Origin: an uncultured delta proteobacterium | Lineage (GTDB): Bacteria > Desulfobacterota > WTBG01 > CAIYCZ01 | Reading direction: 5' to 3' | Length of the DNA stretch: 21,114 bases | NCBI GenBank assembly: GCA_963803975.1 | Contig: CAWDOY010000010.1 | Coordinates: forward strand, 1 to 21,114 | Shown here: positions 17,627 through 21,114 of the stretch, in pieces | Position numbering within the stretch: the stretch's first letter is position 1 | Layout: every line of letters starts with the position of its first letter | The notes under the pieces: generated by a model | The model's database searches: none | What the model was told of the DNA's origin: nothing | Seen by the model: only the letters and a program-made list of their open reading frames with translations | Position numbers and translations under genes: made by a program

Positions 17627-18361
17627 CTACGAGAGGCGCATATCCTTAAGCACTTTTCCCAGGTCTATCTTCAAGCCAAACCTCTCCATCGCTGCTATCA
17701 GGATCAAGAGCGCTGCCTCTTCCATCCGTATTTTGTCAGTACTTATCTCCAGATCATAGTGCAGATGATTCTTAGACTCGGCATAGGGTTTCCCCAGCCT
17801 CCGGCACAGCTCCTTGGTGAAGGCTTCCCGCTCCTGGTCCACAGCCCTGATTTTTTCCTGGGCCTCCTGCTTGTTGATACCTGCCGAGCGCATGACATTT
17901 TCCACACGAACCGGGAATGATGCCTTGATCCTCACTTTCAGTGATGCGGGAAGAAACAGATGCGCGCCGCGGCCGATAATAATGGCATCATGCTGGGCAA
18001 TCAGAAAAATCGCCTTGGGCAGCAGGTATAAATACGCGTTTTTGTCTATATGCCCCAGCATTAATGAAACCAGGGATTCAATCTCATCCTGTATTTTTTC
18101 ATCCACTGCTTCAAACATTTTTTTCTGATACCCCAGATGTGACTGGCTGGCCAGCACGTCCAGTATTTCCTTGTCCCACACCGGCCAGTCCAGCCACTGC
18201 TGCAGCAGTTCAGTAATGCGCTTTCCACCGCTGCCCAGCTGCCGGGAGATGGTGATCATCCGCTTGCTCTGCGGATGGGCCTGTTGTTGTTTCATCTGCA
18301 TGGCAGCCTGAAAGCTTTTGACTGCCTTTTCCACCAGGTCTTTAGGAACCGGAATATGCAT
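17627..18361 (-). CDS. cytidylate kinase-like family protein
   Basis: ITISRQLGSGG P-loop variant, WDKEIL, IIGRGA, RIKAS..VRV, D.ER..F, HYDLEIST. RBS AAAGGAGG before ATG 18361 (MHIPVPK). Confidence 0.88.
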   Translation of the reverse strand: MHIPVPKDLVEKAVKSFQAAMQMKQQQAHPQSKRMITISRQLGSGGKRITELLQQWLDWPVWDKEILDVLASQSHLGYQKKMFEAVDEKIQDEIESLVSLMLGHIDKNAYLYLLPKAIFLIAQHDAIIIGRGAHLFLPASLKVRIKASFPVRVENVMRSAGINKQEAQEKIRAVDQEREAFTKELCRRLGKPYAESKNHLHYDLEISTDKIRMEEAALLILIAAMERFGLKIDLGKVLKDMRLS

Positions 18362-18549
18362 GATTATTCCTCCTTTCTCTCGTGCTGTCTTGAACCGTTG
18401 CGGCATCATGCCGGCTTTGGCGGGGAGCTCACAAGCGCGCTGAGGCAACCTGCTGACCGCAGTTTCTTGACAGCATACAGGGCAAGTGATACAACCCTTC
18501 TTATTAAAAAATAGAACTAATACCGGCATTTGTAAATGGAAAAATAGAG

Positions 18550-20992
18550 ATGGACAGCCACACCCTCAGGGTCCTTGAATTTGACAAAATCCTCGGGTTT
18601 TTAAAAACCTATGCCTCCTCCCCCGGCGGCAGGAAGCGCTGCGAATCCCTGCAGCCGCTGCCGGAACAGGACCGCGTTCAGCGCCTGCTGCGTGAGGTGA
18701 TCGGAGATGCGCTCGGTGCTGGACGTGCACGGGTATATCCCCATCAGCGGGGTGCAGGATATTGAGCGCCCGCTGTCACGCTCGCTCATCAGCGATTTTT
18801 ATTTAGAGCCCCGGGAGCTTCTTGATATTAAAGAAACGCTTGACGTTGCCCGCACCCTCAAGGGCTTTTTTTCAGGGCTCGAAGAAACCTGCCCGCTGCT
18901 CCACGCAATTACCCGGAACATCATCTCCCTGCCGGATATTGAAAGCCGCATCAGAGTAAGCATTGCCCCTGATGGCGAAATGCTTGACACCGCCAGCCCG
19001 GAGCTTGCCCAGATCAGGGGCCGTCTTAAAAGCCTGCGGGCAAGCATTCTCAACACCCTGGAGCGGATGCTGGGGGAGGAGTCGCTGCAGCATGCTTTCC
19101 AGGATGACTTCGTCACCATCAGAAACAACCGCTATGTTGTGCCGGTGCGAACTGACAGTAAGACCGCTGTTGCCGGGGTTGTCCATGACCAGTCACAGAG
19201 CAAGGCCACGTTTTTTATTGAGCCGTTTGCGGTGGTGAACCAGAACAATGAGCTGCAGATTCTCCGGCAGGAAGAAACCTATGAGATCATCCGCATACTG
19301 ACCGAACTCACGCACCTGGTAAGCGGCTCACATGATGAAATCCTTGCTGACCTGCACCTGCTGGAGGAACTGGATGTTATTCATGCCAAGGCCCTGTTCA
19401 GCAAAGCCCTGAAGGCACGGGAGCCGGTCTTAAACAGTGCGGGAACCATTGAGCTGAAACAATGCCGGCATCCCATTCTGCTGGCGCACTATATCGAAGA
19501 GCCCGTGCCGGAGGCAGAGGAACCGGCTGCTGACGAACCCGAAGAAGCCGTAAAAAAAGGCCGCTGGGAATTTAATCGCTCTGGCATCACGCCCATTGAC
19601 CTGACAAAGCATGAGCACACCTCCACCCTGGTCATTACCGGCGCAAACGCAGGGGGGAAAACAGTGGCCCTGAAAACCATCGGGCTGTTCACGCTCATGG
19701 CCCAGGCTGGAATGCATATCCCGGTCAACGACGGCAGCAGGCTCTGTGTGTATGAATCCATATGGGCCGACATTGGCGATGAGCAGAACATTGAAGCAAG
19801 CCTGAGCACCTTTTCCGCCCACGTGGTGCGGATTGACCACATGCTGCAACTGGCCGCAACGTCTTCTCTGGTGCTTCTGGATGAGCTGGGCTCCGGCACT
19901 GACCCTGCCGAAGGGGGCGCCCTGGCGCTGTCAATTCTTGACTACCTGCGGGAGCGCGGCTGCTTCACGGTGGTGACAACGCATTTGAACCTCCTCAAAA
20001 CCTATGCGTATCATCATAAGGACGTGCGGAACGTATCCGTTGAGTTTGACCCAGTAACGCTCAAGCCGCTTTACAGCCTGGTCTACGGCAAGCCCGGCCT
20101 GAGCAACGCGCTCGCCATTGCCCGGCACCTCGGGATGTCAGAGCAAGTCCTGGACCGGGCCAATCAGTATGTGCAGGACGCTGACCGCGAGATCATAAAG
20201 CTTATCCAGGGACTGGAGAAAACCCAGAAAGAGCTCCATGATGAGCAGCTGCAGATTCATGCGCTGAAGGAGCAGGCACGTTCCTATGAGCAGCGGACGC
20301 TGGAGCTTATGGACGCGCTTAAATCCGGCAAAGAGCTGCTGCTGAAAAACTTTGAGACGCAGGCGCGAAAGCTTCTGCGAGAGAGCGAGCAGGAACTGAT
20401 GAAGATCATTGACGGCAAGAAGAAAAAAACTTATCTGCGGCCGGGACAGGACAAAGAAGAGTTCCAGCAGGTAAAGAAAAAATTATATGACCAATTCCCC
20501 AAAACCGCTGTGCAGCGAGAAGCCGTTGACCATCTCACCATCGGCCAGAAGGTGCGCGTGTCAAGCCTGCAGAAAAATGGCGTAGTTTCATCCCTTGATG
20601 AAGAAGCGCGCAAGGCCGAGGTGATGATCGGCACCATGAAAATAAAAGCCTCGTTCAGCGACCTTGAGCAGGTCCGCGAACAGGAGCAGCAACAGAGCGG
20701 CCCGCAACAGCGAAAGGCCCCTTTCATTCAGGAGCCTTCGGGCCAGGCAGTAAACAAGGTCAATGTTATCGGCATGCGCGTTGATGAAGCGCTGCCGGCG
20801 GTTGATAAAGCTATTGACCAGGCCATGCTCCATTCGGTTGACCGGCTGGAGATCATACACGGGGTGGGAACCGGGCGGCTGATGAAGGCGATCCGGGAGC
20901 ATGTAAAAGATCATCCCTATGTTGCCTCTTTTGCACCCGGAGATGCCGCAGCCGGCGGGGCAGGAGTTACCGTGGTTGAAATTAAAGGATAG
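18550..20992 (+). CDS. mutS2: endonuclease MutS2, 1-nt frameshift near 18701
   Basis: N-terminus MDSHTLRVLEFDKI, HDQSQSKATFFIEP, Walker A GANAGGKT, ADIGDEQ, LSTFS, LLDELGSGTDP, C-terminal Smr domain IIHGVGTG. Deleting T18701 gives EVTEMR. Confidence 0.95.
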
Positions 20993-21026
20993 CCAAAGAT
21001 ATTTGAAATTTCGCAATCGCATGAGC

Positions 21027-21102
21027 GACCCCCTCTGACTCCCCCTTGGTATAAAGGGGGAGAACTTTTCCCCTCCTTAATAAGGAGGGGTTTGGGGAGG
21101 TC
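21027..21102. repeat. REP-like double-hairpin palindromic element
   Basis: CTCCCCCTT (21039-21047) / AAGGGGGAG (21054-21062) and CCCCTCCTTA (21070-21079) / TAAGGAGGGG (21081-21090), enclosed by an imperfect outer stem. Confidence 0.65.
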
Positions 21103-21114
21103 GGATATAAACCA

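Noticed and set aside
18362..18529. N-terminal extension of the cytidylate-kinase-like ORF (CITCPVCC), or a riboswitch here
   Set aside because: A strong RBS precedes ATG 18361, and the extension would cover the divergent promoter region. No known riboswitch consensus is visible.
18550..18765. Separate 71-aa gene or programmed frameshift upstream of mutS2
   Set aside because: It is the MutS2 N-terminus. There is no slippery sequence, and one extra base explains it.
12393..20992. comEA-like gene, dut, lytic transglycosylase and mutS2 as a DNA-uptake or defence system
   Set aside because: Different strands and transcription units separated by terminators. All are common housekeeping genes, and no comEC or pilus genes are present.

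Overview
Bacterial chromosomal segment, most consistent with a Deltaproteobacteria/Desulfobacterota-type organism (PxxKW protein, DUF3786-like protein, CAGGCTGTTGAAAAA-ended MITEs; this assignment is inference). The visibly AT-richer left ~5 kb is accessory and rearranged. It holds an IS5-family transposase remnant, an unlisted 59-aa membrane protein, a CxxC/HxxH hypothetical, and a Thr-rich surface protein and a metallophosphoesterase that both lose their 5' ends at the same point (~4403). The GC-richer remainder is mostly housekeeping: a PxxKW gene with a strongly structured leader, a DUF3786-like gene, a minus-strand operon (GT2 glycosyltransferase, acyl-CoA ligase, Opp/Dpp-type binding protein and two permeases, no ATPase), comEA-like, dut, asparaginase II, lytic transglycosylase, suhB (no canonical start codon), MgtC/DUF4010, a cytidylate-kinase-like gene and mutS2. 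Two copies of a ~152-bp MITE abut TAG stop codons, and a REP-like double hairpin follows mutS2. Five genes carry single-base frameshifts that most likely reflect sequencing error. I found no CRISPR array, tRNA or rRNA, and no clearly novel multi-gene system. The best leads are the PxxKW leader RNA, the structured MITE, the surface-protein C-terminal domain and the double-truncation junction.
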